This document shows, piece by piece, positions 19,008 through 28,265 of a DNA stretch of 51,410 bases. The notes under the pieces were generated by a model. The model was not told the origin of the DNA and searched no databases. It was given only the letters and a program-made list of their open reading frames with translations. The DNA comes from a virus (taxonomy: Duplodnaviria > Caudoviricetes). The stretch covers positions 1 through 51,410 of the IMG/VR virus record IMGVR_UViG_3300035703_000130; one strand, given 5' to 3'. A program made the position numbers and the translations under genes. The stretch's first letter is position 1, and each line of letters opens with the position of its first letter.

Positions 19008-19266
19008 TATAGCCTTCCAGTGTTTTTAATCCCAACCAGTTTTTAGGCGGCTCAGATAAGACTTTTTTGTAGGACAGGGTGGGTAGAAGCTTAACCAGTT
19101 CACTAGTGCATCTTGGGCAAACCTCTTTCCATGAGGTAGTGTTTGTATGCCACTCTTCCTCAATCTCAAAAACTACCTTAACAGAGTAGTAATCTTTTGA
19201 AGGTCGCTTGTCGTGAACCTCTCCACACCTATCGCATTGCCATTTTTCAATAACAAGTTTACCCAA
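19000..19266 (-). CDS. Zn-finger hypothetical protein
   Basis: CDRC...CPRC. Confidence 0.55.
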   Translation of the reverse strand: MGKLVIEKWQCDRCGEVHDKRPSKDYYSVKVVFEIEEEWHTNTTSWKEVCPRCTSELVKLLPTLSYKKVLSEPPKNWLGLKTLEGYNG

Positions 19267-19287
19267 CTTTAATCCCCGTGCTGATTC

Positions 19288-19800
19288 TCATAGAATTTCC
19301 TCAATGTTAAGGGGCTTGTAGTAAATCTGCTCAACACACACGCACTTATAGGGACCATCAGGGGAAGGGTTCTGGTGAATGTGTCCATGAACGTTAATCA
19401 TTTCTTTTCCATCGAACCTGTGTTCCTGTAGCGTAGTAGGGTGAACAGGAACGTGAGTAAGAAGAAGGTTCTCAAACTTACGCCACAGCATTACCTTCTC
19501 GAAGAAAGCCCCAGAGGAAAGAAACTTTACGTCATCATGGTTCCCCACAACAAGACGCTTCCTGCCATTAAGACGGGGCCAAAGAGCTTTGAAATGCACA
19601 GGCGAACCAAAGAATACATCACCAAGATGGTAGACTTTATCTCCGGGTTTTACTACAGAGTTCCAGTTATCCACCATAGTTTCATTCATATCGTGAACAG
19701 TGTCAAAGGGACGAACAGATTGTCCAGAGTGACGATCCGTAAACTTTAGAATGTTACCGTGATTAAAGTGGGTATCTGAGATAACGAATATATCAGCCAT
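19288..19800 (-). CDS. Calcineurin-like metallophosphoesterase
   Basis: SDTHFNH, HLGD, GNHD, HGHIH. Confidence 0.9.
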   Translation of the reverse strand: MADIFVISDTHFNHGNILKFTDRHSGQSVRPFDTVHDMNETMVDNWNSVVKPGDKVYHLGDVFFGSPVHFKALWPRLNGRKRLVVGNHDDVKFLSSGAFFEKVMLWRKFENLLLTHVPVHPTTLQEHRFDGKEMINVHGHIHQNPSPDGPYKCVCVEQIYYKPLNIEEIL

Positions 19801-20566
19801 ATTCTTTTTTCAACCTTTCCATTGAAACAAATTCTGGATCGTAGACCCCATTGTCAACTTCACGCTTAATGATCACTCCCGACCACCACTCGTTATTGCT
19901 TTGCCCTGCCCAAGCTTCCTCTTTACCTTTAAAGTTACCTGCAACAAGCCCGATAAGAGGACGAGGGTAAGCAGAGTCCCTGAAATAGAGACCGCGCTTA
20001 TGGCTATGACCGCAAGTAGATGAATGGTGACGGTGTTGTAGTAAAGCGTAAGCGTGGTGAAGACCTGAGATAGCAGCACCATAATTACCGGCACTAAAAT
20101 AGTGAGAGTAAGATACCCCATCCAAGTCAACAATAGCTGGCCCAGAGTTCTTGTATTCGTGGTATTCATCAAACCAGTGATCCGTTTGCAGGTGCGAGAA
20201 GCTGATACCATATGTAGTGCCTTCCAGCCGTGGATCAAGGGCTACTGCTTTTTTAATTCTATTCTCGTGGTTGCCTTCTAACCCAATACGGTATGGTCTA
20301 CGCTTTTTCTTGAGGCTATAGCGATCCCACAACCTAGACTGCGCGTCGTTATAAGAGTTGATATCTCTCTCATAAGACTGAGCCACAATAGCTTTAGGGT
20401 AGCGTGTGTCATAAGAGTTAAGGGATGACATATCAGCACCATCCCCCAAGTCAACAACATAGTCAGGTTTGATATCTTCAATCAGATCGCCCAACCAATT
20501 GAAACGCTCATTTCCTACTTCCGGGTTAGCATGGGCACAGGTATATACGATTACTGTGCGGCTCAT
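19793..20566 (-). CDS. Metallophosphoesterase/nuclease
   Basis: DLGD, GNHE, GHSH. Confidence 0.8.
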   Translation of the reverse strand: MSRTVIVYTCAHANPEVGNERFNWLGDLIEDIKPDYVVDLGDGADMSSLNSYDTRYPKAIVAQSYERDINSYNDAQSRLWDRYSLKKKRRPYRIGLEGNHENRIKKAVALDPRLEGTTYGISFSHLQTDHWFDEYHEYKNSGPAIVDLDGVSYSHYFSAGNYGAAISGLHHAYALLQHRHHSSTCGHSHKRGLYFRDSAYPRPLIGLVAGNFKGKEEAWAGQSNNEWWSGVIIKREVDNGVYDPEFVSMERLKKEYG

Positions 20567-20745
20567 TGATGGAAATCCAATTCTTGAAAGCCAATCAAGT
20601 TTTCTTCAAAGAGTTCATCAAAAGGCTCTTCAATACCAGAATCTTTTAGAGCAGTAATAGCCCAACTTCTAGCTACTTCTTTTGTAGAGAAGATGTGGTT
20701 TTCTAATCCAATATCCCACTCAGAATAAATTTGATAGACTTTCAT
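20563..20745 (-). CDS. Small acidic hypothetical protein
   Basis: Coupled ORF. Confidence 0.5.
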   Translation of the reverse strand: MKVYQIYSEWDIGLENHIFSTKEVARSWAITALKDSGIEEPFDELFEENLIGFQELDFHQ

Positions 20746-20969
20746 TAAACATACCCATGCACTTCATAAGGAATAATCTGTCCCTTAAACCACTTCACAA
20801 CCTCGTAGGCTTCATCAAAGGTATCGAAGATGATTTCTTCTTCCTCTAATGCGCCACTAGGTTGCTCTACAAGACAGACCATAAGCCAACCCTCTTTGTC
20901 TTTCCAATCTGGAATATCATAGGTTGAGATAGGCCCCTCAATAACGTTGTATACTTTTAGTGGGTTCAT
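20745..20969 (-). CDS. Small acidic hypothetical protein
   Basis: Coupled ORF. Confidence 0.55.
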   Translation of the reverse strand: MNPLKVYNVIEGPISTYDIPDWKDKEGWLMVCLVEQPSGALEEEEIIFDTFDEAYEVVKWFKGQIIPYEVHGYV

Positions 20970-21331
20970 TTCTCGCTCACTTGTTTCAGTAGATCAAGAT
21001 AAGCAGCCGCAGAGAGAATTACAAGGGCAGGCTCCCGATCAGCGCGCATAAACACAACAGGCTCATGTGGGCCGTGGGCTTTGGCTTGACCATACCATTT
21101 GTAAATGCCTTTGGCTGACTTAACCCTTTTGCACTCTGTTTGAATTGGTAGAAGCTTTCTGGCAGCAGGAGAGAGTTTTACGTCTTCACCCCCCGACCCC
21201 ATGCTTGTAGAAACCACGTCTCCCGGTTCTAATTGCTTGAACCTATCTAGGATAGCGTCTCTAACCTCTTGTTGAAAACTTCTGCCTTTAGCTTTAGCAC
21301 TTGCAGGTTTCACTTTTGAAATATACTCCAA
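20966..21331 (-). CDS. PD-(D/E)XK Holliday-junction resolvase-like nuclease
   Basis: SAKAKGR..QQ, SMG..GED, ECK motifs. Confidence 0.75.
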   Translation of the reverse strand: MEYISKVKPASAKAKGRSFQQEVRDAILDRFKQLEPGDVVSTSMGSGGEDVKLSPAARKLLPIQTECKRVKSAKGIYKWYGQAKAHGPHEPVVFMRADREPALVILSAAAYLDLLKQVSEK

Positions 21332-21380
21332 ACTAAGTAGCTCAATACTAAAAAGGCCAACAGGCCCATTAGGCCATTTA

Positions 21381-22040
21381 TCATAAACTTCTCCAAGTCA
21401 AAGGTGTTTGCAAAGCGTCAATCCTAGTTGCCATTTGTTTTGGGCATTTTTCTGCACCCTTGTTCTTAAAATTTCTGGCTATATTGGTGCTATCTGCACT
21501 AGCAAAAGGCCAACGTTTACCTGAAACGGACAACCCCCTCATCATATGGACATAGGGCCGAGTTCCAGTTTTATCAATTAACTCCCAAGCTTCATCAGCA
21601 CGATCTGCCCAATCAGGGGAGCTAAGTTTCCAGTATTTACCAGAGGAACCAAAAGCCACTTTTGGGTATGTTTCCACCAATCTCTTAAGCCAATCAAGAG
21701 GCAAATCCATGTGCCAAACGTAACAGGACAAATGATCTGGATAAGGCCAATCTTTAGCAGATTCTACTTGTTGTTCTACAGAACCACCTATAATGTCAGG
21801 GACAACAGCCCAATTGGCCCCGTAAAGTTTGTCGTCTAACCAACGGTAGTAAGCTTGTTTATCAAACTGGATTCCTCTTGTGTAAGAGGAAAAAGCACCA
21901 TTATCCCACATAATAGATTGTGCGTTTCTGATGCACCAGTTGGCATTTTCTGGTCTAGCGAAAGAGACACAGAAGTTGTGTCCCTTAAGCTTTTCCAACT
22001 CACTGTTTGGGGTTAGAGGGGTTCCATGATAATGAAGCAC
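21381..22040 (-). CDS. Compact TGT/DpdA-fold transglycosylase-like protein
   Basis: WDNGAFS, VVPD, HMMRG and ASADST motifs in TGT order; GGAGG RBS before GTG. Confidence 0.6.
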   Translation of the reverse strand: MLHYHGTPLTPNSELEKLKGHNFCVSFARPENANWCIRNAQSIMWDNGAFSSYTRGIQFDKQAYYRWLDDKLYGANWAVVPDIIGGSVEQQVESAKDWPYPDHLSCYVWHMDLPLDWLKRLVETYPKVAFGSSGKYWKLSSPDWADRADEAWELIDKTGTRPYVHMMRGLSVSGKRWPFASADSTNIARNFKNKGAEKCPKQMATRIDALQTPLTWRSL

Positions 22041-22542
22041 GATACCTCCAATACAGATAAACTGCTACGACAAGACTTGCATAGATTTTAGCCACAAAAT
22101 TACCAAGGGCAAACTCTAACGCGCCAAAGGCGATAATAGTGAACAAAACGCTATCAACGGCAGCACCGACTACACCAGAGGCAACTACAGCCCAATGCTT
22201 ACCCTTTTTCCGAAGGGGGGTATATACAGCAAGGTCAAACACCTCGGCCACAGTAAAAGCCACCATAGAGGCCAGAGCAACAAATGGGTCGCTTGTTAGG
22301 TAGGAAACAAAACCCCCTAAAAAGACAGCAGCAAGAGACCATTTCCATCCAGCCAACTCTTGCAACCAATCCCGTAAGACAAGAGCAAAGCCAATCATAA
22401 GAACACCAGAAGGTGCCATAAGACCAAACCCAACAGGAATAAGGCAAGGCCCGTTCTCAACGCATACGGTTCCTACAGAACCAATCAAAAGGTTTGCCAC
22501 CCATACAGAGGCAGCAAGTAGTAGAGTAACTAAGTATTTCAT
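22000..22542 (-). CDS. yhhQ: VUT/YhhQ-family queuosine-precursor transporter
   Basis: Multi-TM; G.ALVLRD..QE..G, AS..AF..AE..D..VY, SG.VGA.VDS.LF; start refined to ATG 22542. Confidence 0.8.
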   Translation of the reverse strand: MKYLVTLLLAASVWVANLLIGSVGTVCVENGPCLIPVGFGLMAPSGVLMIGFALVLRDWLQELAGWKWSLAAVFLGGFVSYLTSDPFVALASMVAFTVAEVFDLAVYTPLRKKGKHWAVVASGVVGAAVDSVLFTIIAFGALEFALGNFVAKIYASLVVAVYLYWRYRASLSWNPSNPKQ

Positions 22543-23276
22543 TTTGGAGGCTCCCATAGCTCACCGGGGTATCGTCTAATCCAAAGCAACCTAGCGTTTT
22601 CTAGAACACGAGACTCTGCCTCTTGGTAGCTGTGGTCGTGTGGGTGCTTAGAACAAATTTCATAATCATAGGCACTAACACAAGCATTATAAAGAGCTTT
22701 CTCACTATCACAACCTTCCAAGAGCTTTTCCGCTTTGACAGGTCCAATACCATAGATACCAATAATGTTATCTACTCGGTCACCCATCAAGATTTGCTTA
22801 TAGAAGTTCTTGGTTGCTTCCCAATTATCTACTGTTTTCCACTCCCACCTAGAGGGGTTGAAGATAGTGGTAGGAAGTTGCTCAAAATCCTTGTCGATAC
22901 TGACAATGACAACTCTGTCGTAGCCATAGTAATTAGCGTGAATACCAATTGCATCGTCTGCTTCACAACCTTCTGTGACTAAAGCATCATACTTGAAAAT
23001 TAAGTGTTCTCGTAAGGCAGAGAAGTGAGGTGGCTTTTCGGTGTCTTTTCGGTTTCCTTTGTAAACAGCCGTTTTGGCAATATCATTACGAAAGTTACCT
23101 TTTCCAGTGAGGAAGAACTTTCTATAGTTTGTGGTTCCCCAAGGATCGACTTCTTCGATGATGTGTCCAATTAACTCATCCAGTTTAAGCTTTGCGGTTT
23201 GTTCATCAGAGTCTTTCTCTGCCCAAGCACAACGATAGACGAGAACATCACCATCAAACAGTAAGTATTTATTCAT
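22539..23276 (-). CDS. 5'-3' exonuclease (T7 gp6/FEN-like)
   Basis: DGD, NFR, YKGNR, EADD, SIDKD, GDRVDNI.GI.GIG. Confidence 0.9.
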   Translation of the reverse strand: MNKYLLFDGDVLVYRCAWAEKDSDEQTAKLKLDELIGHIIEEVDPWGTTNYRKFFLTGKGNFRNDIAKTAVYKGNRKDTEKPPHFSALREHLIFKYDALVTEGCEADDAIGIHANYYGYDRVVIVSIDKDFEQLPTTIFNPSRWEWKTVDNWEATKNFYKQILMGDRVDNIIGIYGIGPVKAEKLLEGCDSEKALYNACVSAYDYEICSKHPHDHSYQEAESRVLENARLLWIRRYPGELWEPPK

Positions 23277-23976
23277 GCTTCAAACTCTTAAATACTGTTG
23301 GAAAGGCAGGGGCTAGAGCTTTCTTAATTTCCCTCGCCAGCATAACATGCTCCCATTGAGTGACACCCGGATCATCCCGAACATCTAGGTAGTGCAGCCA
23401 GCTACGCAAGGTTCCATTGACATAGAGGCGCGACATAGTAAGCCCTTCTGGCAGGATTACCCTAGCACACTCTTTAGCTACACCGGATGCCCTCATCCAA
23501 GCATAGTCTTCTTTAGCAACCTTAACAGTCCCATCTACAATAAGACTAGCCTCATTAAAAACTGCTTCTGGCAGATCATCAATAGAGTTTTGTCGGTTCT
23601 TAGTATCCTGTCGTCTAAACTCACGATCAGTAAATTCAATCTCGTCAGAGTAACGTTGGCTAAACTCTTGAACTCCACCATAGTCATAGTTAAAACCGGG
23701 GGCTTCAAAAGGGTCCGGACAGTATAAACTAGAGTGTCGAGTGAATTGACGAGTAATATCTCTTGGCCCCTCAATTTCCACAATAGCATTAACCATTTGG
23801 AAAACTGACCAGTGTTTATTACGAACACAGTAGTCTAGAAGAGAACCTAATTCCTTATCTTGATGTTGCGGATTACTGACCCTAGCGCAATAAGCTACGA
23901 GTCCCTCAGCATTAGGAACCCGTAGCTCAATAAGCGGTTGTGTCAGTGCGATAAGTTTTGCACTGAGTTTAGTCAT
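23269..23976 (-). CDS. thyX: FAD-dependent thymidylate synthase
   Basis: ARVSNP, HWSVF, RH, QEFSQRY, KECAR..LP, RSWLHY. Confidence 0.92.
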   Translation of the reverse strand: MTKLSAKLIALTQPLIELRVPNAEGLVAYCARVSNPQHQDKELGSLLDYCVRNKHWSVFQMVNAIVEIEGPRDITRQFTRHSSLYCPDPFEAPGFNYDYGGVQEFSQRYSDEIEFTDREFRRQDTKNRQNSIDDLPEAVFNEASLIVDGTVKVAKEDYAWMRASGVAKECARVILPEGLTMSRLYVNGTLRSWLHYLDVRDDPGVTQWEHVMLAREIKKALAPAFPTVFKSLKHE

Positions 23977-24227
23977 TAGAGAGGCTTAACTTTTGGATTA
24001 GCTAGGACATTACCATCCATACCGAGGATAGAATAAGTCTCTATTTTTGCATGGCGTCGTAGACCGGAGTGGAGTCGATTTACAATTGGACGCCAACCTA
24101 GATCGTTGTCATAACCCCCCGTTTTATTAAGGACGGCATACAAAACCTCAAGCTCATTCTGATCAAGGGTTAGAACATACTCTTTCGGAGGCTCTACAGG
24201 CTTAATTTCACGAACTTCAAGTTTCAT
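23976..24227 (-). CDS. Hypothetical protein
   Basis: Coupled ORF. Confidence 0.55.
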   Translation of the reverse strand: MKLEVREIKPVEPPKEYVLTLDQNELEVLYAVLNKTGGYDNDLGWRPIVNRLHSGLRRHAKIETYSILGMDGNVLANPKVKPL

Positions 24228-24814
24228 TAGAACGGGACCTCATCATCATCACGCGGAGGGGCATCATACTTAACGTGTTCAGTAATAGCAACCTCTTCCA
24301 GTTGAACCACACAGGTGGGCTTACCTGCTTTGTTAGTGCCACGGTAGACAGAGAGCTTAACTTTACCTTTGGAACCGTTACCGATCAAACCGTCAGTAGC
24401 AATATCCCATTGGGTCTTGTGCTCGTCCATGATACGACCAGTGCCACCAGCCTCTTTCCAAGCCGCAACAGCCTTGTTAAAGTCAAAGACTTTCGGGGCA
24501 CCAACCAACTGAGGATTACCATCGTCGTCTTTCAGATACTTACTGATCCAAGGGCGCTTGGCAACCATGCCACGGAAGTTGACACCATCAATAGTGTAGT
24601 TCTTAAACGTCTGGTAACCAAGGGCAGTCGGAGGGACGCCAAGGCCCAGAAGTTCTTGTTCTTGCTCATCCGTCAGAGAGATAGTTACTTTAGTAACACC
24701 ATCTGTTTCTGCGTGAACATTTCCACGGTCCCGGTTAGCTTCAAACAGTTGCGGGTAGTAGAGGGTAACGTCATGCAGAGTAACCCAAACGGTTTTAGAG
24801 TCTTTATCAGCCAT
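24227..24814 (-). CDS. Single-stranded DNA-binding protein (T7 gp2.5-like)
   Basis: IGNGS motif; acidic C-terminal DDDEVPF tail. Confidence 0.8.
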   Translation of the reverse strand: MADKDSKTVWVTLHDVTLYYPQLFEANRDRGNVHAETDGVTKVTISLTDEQEQELLGLGVPPTALGYQTFKNYTIDGVNFRGMVAKRPWISKYLKDDDGNPQLVGAPKVFDFNKAVAAWKEAGGTGRIMDEHKTQWDIATDGLIGNGSKGKVKLSVYRGTNKAGKPTCVVQLEEVAITEHVKYDAPPRDDDEVPF

Positions 24815-25086
24815 TAGTTGATTGCCTTATATTTAGTTACAGTTTCTTGGTAAGGTTCTACTTGAACAAGAACCAAGTCTTCAATACCCTCATCTTGATA
24901 CTCTGTAGAACCCCGGCTCCAAGAAGCCCGCCAGAGAGTCCCATCTTTATATTTCAAGATTTGGTTAAAGTGAGTGGACCACCTAGTTTGGTCGGTAATC
25001 TCTTCATCAGTTACAGGTGTAAAATCGTCACTAGAAAACACATACTCTTCCGGGTATGATTCGCCACTTAGGTCAAAGTAGACCAT
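24814..25086 (-). CDS. Acidic hypothetical protein
   Basis: AGGAGA RBS; GSTEYQD motif. Confidence 0.65.
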   Translation of the reverse strand: MVYFDLSGESYPEEYVFSSDDFTPVTDEEITDQTRWSTHFNQILKYKDGTLWRASWSRGSTEYQDEGIEDLVLVQVEPYQETVTKYKAIN

Positions 25087-25110
25087 TGTTTCTCCTATTG
25101 TGGACTAATA

Positions 25111-25139
25111 GATATAGGTGTTGAGGGGGGATTTTTCAA
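25111..25139 (-). promoter_or_regulatory. Sigma70-like promoter
   Basis: TTGAAA-17 nt-TATATC upstream of an RBS. Confidence 0.6.
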
Positions 25140-25148
25140 CCCCCACCA

Positions 25149-25727
25149 TCAGATTTTCTTGAGGTAGTTAATCTCTTTGGTCGCATTTTTGGACTTGGTA
25201 TCCACGTCAACAACCATAGCGATTTGGTAGTTACTACCTGCGTAGCCTTCCATAACGAGAGCGTCACCTTTTACAAGGTCTTTTGCTTCGTTGAAGTAAT
25301 GGTAGATAGTTCCGTTAGTTGCGAACTTAACCCCAATCGTATACGGAATGACTTCCGACACAGAGGCTTTGTCCACAGCAATAACATCACCGGAACCCTT
25401 AATTTCCATTACCCACTGGCCTTGACTATTCACTGCCAGTTTGTAACCGTAGGACTTGATATCGCCACGGTTGATTTCGTAGAGCGTCTTTTCATTAGCC
25501 ATGTTGGTTTCTCCTTGTTTTGGCGGTTCAAAAGTAGAATAACCCTTTGACACTAGAACTACGTTGTTTCTAGAGATAGTTGTCTTTTCAACACTGTCAC
25601 AAATAACATGCTCTAGGTTTAGCATATGTGCGCCGCGAGTTGACGCCACACGCCATATTTTTTTTGTTTCTCCTAAATAATGAGCTTGTTTCTTTACAAA
25701 ATCACCAACCTCAATAAAACCCTTCAT
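25149..25727 (-). CDS. Hypothetical protein (strong internal start at 25502)
   Basis: ORF after the polymerase; internal AAGGAGA-ATG. Confidence 0.55.
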   Translation of the reverse strand: MKGFIEVGDFVKKQAHYLGETKKIWRVASTRGAHMLNLEHVICDSVEKTTISRNNVVLVSKGYSTFEPPKQGETNMANEKTLYEINRGDIKSYGYKLAVNSQGQWVMEIKGSGDVIAVDKASVSEVIPYTIGVKFATNGTIYHYFNEAKDLVKGDALVMEGYAGSNYQIAMVVDVDTKSKNATKEINYLKKI

Positions 25728-26302
25728 CAGTGCACCATATCGTAAGATTTACCGAACTTAACATCAATACCAAGAGGCACGTTAAGCTTTAGATCGTCGT
25801 TAGTCATCTGCATAGCTTTCTCCAACAGGTCTTTTCTCTCCTGCTCTTTTCCCACGGGAACGATAGAACCCTTTTCGTCGTGGAATTGGAAGTTGATTTT
25901 GCAACCCAACCCGCGCACATAGTAAAGCCACTTATCAAAGCAATAGACACCTGTCCCTTGGTTCAGGGTTGAGAAGCGATCTTTTTCATTCCGTAGTTGA
26001 TACCAAAAACCAGATACAGGGTTCTTAAGCCACATGCTTTGGCCAGTGTGCTTTACCTCGCAATCGTTAGCTACTTTCTGCACAGCCCAATTCTTCTTCC
26101 AGAAGGCATCCAGAAGACTTTTGGCAAACTCTACCGTGCAATTAAGATCACGAGCGAGCTTTTTCTCCCTGATACCATAGGTTGAGCTATAGTTTGTAAC
26201 TTTTGATGGTTTTCTAATTTGATGTATTTTATCATACAACTCTTTTTGTTTGTCTTTCGGTAGGGCTTTCATCTGTGCTAGGGTAAGTGTGTTTCCTGAC
26301 AT
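25727..26302 (-). CDS. polA: DNA polymerase family A, C-terminal fragment (motifs B and C)
   Basis: RKPSKVTNYSSTYG (motif B), STLNQGTG, QFHDE (motif C). Confidence 0.88.
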   Translation of the reverse strand: MSGNTLTLAQMKALPKDKQKELYDKIHQIRKPSKVTNYSSTYGIREKKLARDLNCTVEFAKSLLDAFWKKNWAVQKVANDCEVKHTGQSMWLKNPVSGFWYQLRNEKDRFSTLNQGTGVYCFDKWLYYVRGLGCKINFQFHDEKGSIVPVGKEQERKDLLEKAMQMTNDDLKLNVPLGIDVKFGKSYDMVH

Positions 26303-26684
26303 ACTCAGCGGCGCTTTCTAAATACTTAGGGTTGTCTTGGAAAAGTCCCAAGCCTCGGTTGCAGTTGTGACATAACAAAGCCCTAACCTCTCCCGTTTTG
26401 TGGTTATGATCAACGTTAAGTCCAGACACGTGATCTTCTCGCATTTTAAAACCAAAGTCTCTACAAATAGCACACTTAAAGTCCTGCTCTGCAAGCATAC
26501 GATGCACGTCTCTGACGCTTATACCATAAGACCTTTTATAGTGCTTATCACTGTGGGCCTGTTGTCTACACTCTTCACAACAATAGTGATGTGATGGAGC
26601 CATAGGTTCAAAACTATCTCCACACCATTTACAAAGCTTATCTCTAAAACTACCTTGAGGATACTTACTCCTATGGGCTGTCAT
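26232..26684 (-). CDS. Endonuclease VII-family homing endonuclease with N-terminal Zn finger
   Basis: YGIS...Q..KCAIC...VDHNH.TG.VR.LLC..CNRGLG.FQD; start at ATG 26684 is a guess. Confidence 0.88.
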   Translation of the reverse strand: MTAHRSKYPQGSFRDKLCKWCGDSFEPMAPSHHYCCEECRQQAHSDKHYKRSYGISVRDVHRMLAEQDFKCAICRDFGFKMREDHVSGLNVDHNHKTGEVRALLCHNCNRGLGLFQDNPKYLESAAEYVRKHTYPSTDESPTERQTKRVV

Positions 26685-26694
26685 TGGTTTTAGT

Positions 26695-28089
26695 TTAAGA
26701 GGCGTCTTTACTTTTAAACCATTTATAAAACTCATACTCATCTTCTGTAATAAGGCCAGCAAACACGGCCAAGCTTAGGTGAGGGTCATACCCTTCCTGT
26801 TGCATTTCCTCAACGTATTCTGGATCATGCGGTTGGATATAATGCCTCTTGGTTGTATCTTCCAACGACACCATATCAGAGCCACAGATTGAATAGCCTT
26901 CTGGTGCAATAATACAGGAGCGAATTTCTTTGCCCCAAGGCTTATCAACTCCAGGAATATTAGCCAAAGGCTTCCGGTGTTGGAACCTGAGAGTGTTAGT
27001 CAAACCATCAATAGAAGCAGTAAGCTTTCCATCTTTGTGAGACTCAAGAAAACCCTTGAAGAAACCTACGCGGTGTTTGATGATGGAGAGTCCCGCCAGA
27101 ACTTGAACAGCGGGGTCTTTTTCAGCCAGTTCCAGAACTTCTTCACACAATTCTCCTTCATTAGGATGACCTTTAGGATACCTGATCTGAGGTATCTGCT
27201 TATTTTCCCCTGTTACCTTATTACGTTCAAACTTAAAAGTCTTGCACTCCCAACCAAGATCGGTGAGCCAAGCCTTAATCTGAACATCAGATTGTGGGTT
27301 AGGTTCGACATACTCTTTAACATAGGTAACATCAGACACCGTGTCTAGAGGCAGGTTGAGAGAGGCCAGCAGAGCTTGCCACTTGATCCCGTGTGCACTC
27401 AATCCACCGTCTTTGAGGAAAGGTTTTTTGGGATAACTTTTGGTTTCGTAAACCGCAACTTTAGGCATAGAAGCAGCGAGTTCAACAAATTTTTCATCAC
27501 GTTGCCTTTCAAGCTCAGTCAAATGTTTTTGTGCAGATACAAGATCAACCGTAATGGGGTTAGCCTCTTGTTCCCTCGCACAGTCCATCTTGAAAGCAAG
27601 ATAGGAAGTATACCTAAGCCATTCCTTCTGGTCTTTGTCATAGAGGATATTAAGCTTACGCTCAAGGTCCTTCCACAACAGCCAGTTGATCTTTACGTCT
27701 TCCGTGACACGGTGTGCGTATTCTTCGTAGCTAAGGTTATTCCAGTCTTCGACTTTTGGTTTTGGGACTCCGAAGGTTTCTCCGTAGCTTTCAAGTCCGT
27801 GCTTGTCTCGTTGGTAATTGATTGTCCACGATAACGGGAGCGTGTCCACAAAATCATGATAAAGCAAATCAAGACCAAGGATACGATTAAATACAGGTAG
27901 GTCAAATCGAATGGCATTGTGGCAAACCAACTTTCTATCTCGGGGGTGTCCAGACAGAACAGCCCTCATTTCAAAATAGTCACCTGTAGTGCGATAGTTT
28001 ACTCCATCTTCGGTCCACCCAAGCACATGAATCTTAGTGCATACATCTTGAAACCCGTCAGTTTCACTATCGACTACAATAAACTTCAT
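26695..28089 (-). CDS. polA: DNA polymerase family A, N-terminal fragment (3'-5' exonuclease and motif A)
   Basis: DSETDG, HNAIRFD, TNTLRFQH, GSDMVSLE (motif A), DPH; start refined to ATG 28089. Confidence 0.9.
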   Translation of the reverse strand: MKFIVVDSETDGFQDVCTKIHVLGWTEDGVNYRTTGDYFEMRAVLSGHPRDRKLVCHNAIRFDLPVFNRILGLDLLYHDFVDTLPLSWTINYQRDKHGLESYGETFGVPKPKVEDWNNLSYEEYAHRVTEDVKINWLLWKDLERKLNILYDKDQKEWLRYTSYLAFKMDCAREQEANPITVDLVSAQKHLTELERQRDEKFVELAASMPKVAVYETKSYPKKPFLKDGGLSAHGIKWQALLASLNLPLDTVSDVTYVKEYVEPNPQSDVQIKAWLTDLGWECKTFKFERNKVTGENKQIPQIRYPKGHPNEGELCEEVLELAEKDPAVQVLAGLSIIKHRVGFFKGFLESHKDGKLTASIDGLTNTLRFQHRKPLANIPGVDKPWGKEIRSCIIAPEGYSICGSDMVSLEDTTKRHYIQPHDPEYVEEMQQEGYDPHLSLAVFAGLITEDEYEFYKWFKSKDAS

Positions 28090-28265
28090 TAGATATCCCT
28101 TGTCGTCAACGATTGGTATCGAGCGTTCCAACCCGCTTCAAAAGCGCCTCGAATAGCTTCAACTAAGTCGTCCCAATCCCCACCTGAAACATCGTATAGC
28201 CACTCGTCAAAATCAATACCACTTTTATTATTTACCCAATTATCATAAGCCTCATCAACAGTCAT
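28089..28265 (-). CDS. Small acidic hypothetical protein (…AFEAGWNA…)
   Basis: 58-aa ORF read manually, coupled at both ends. Confidence 0.55.
   Translation of the reverse strand: MTVDEAYDNWVNNKSGIDFDEWLYDVSGGDWDDLVEAIRGAFEAGWNARYQSLTTRDI

Noticed and set aside
26220-26760. Group I intron or intein in the polymerase
   Set aside because: The gap is almost fully occupied by the EndoVII ORF; no intron core elements or intein terminal residues were seen.
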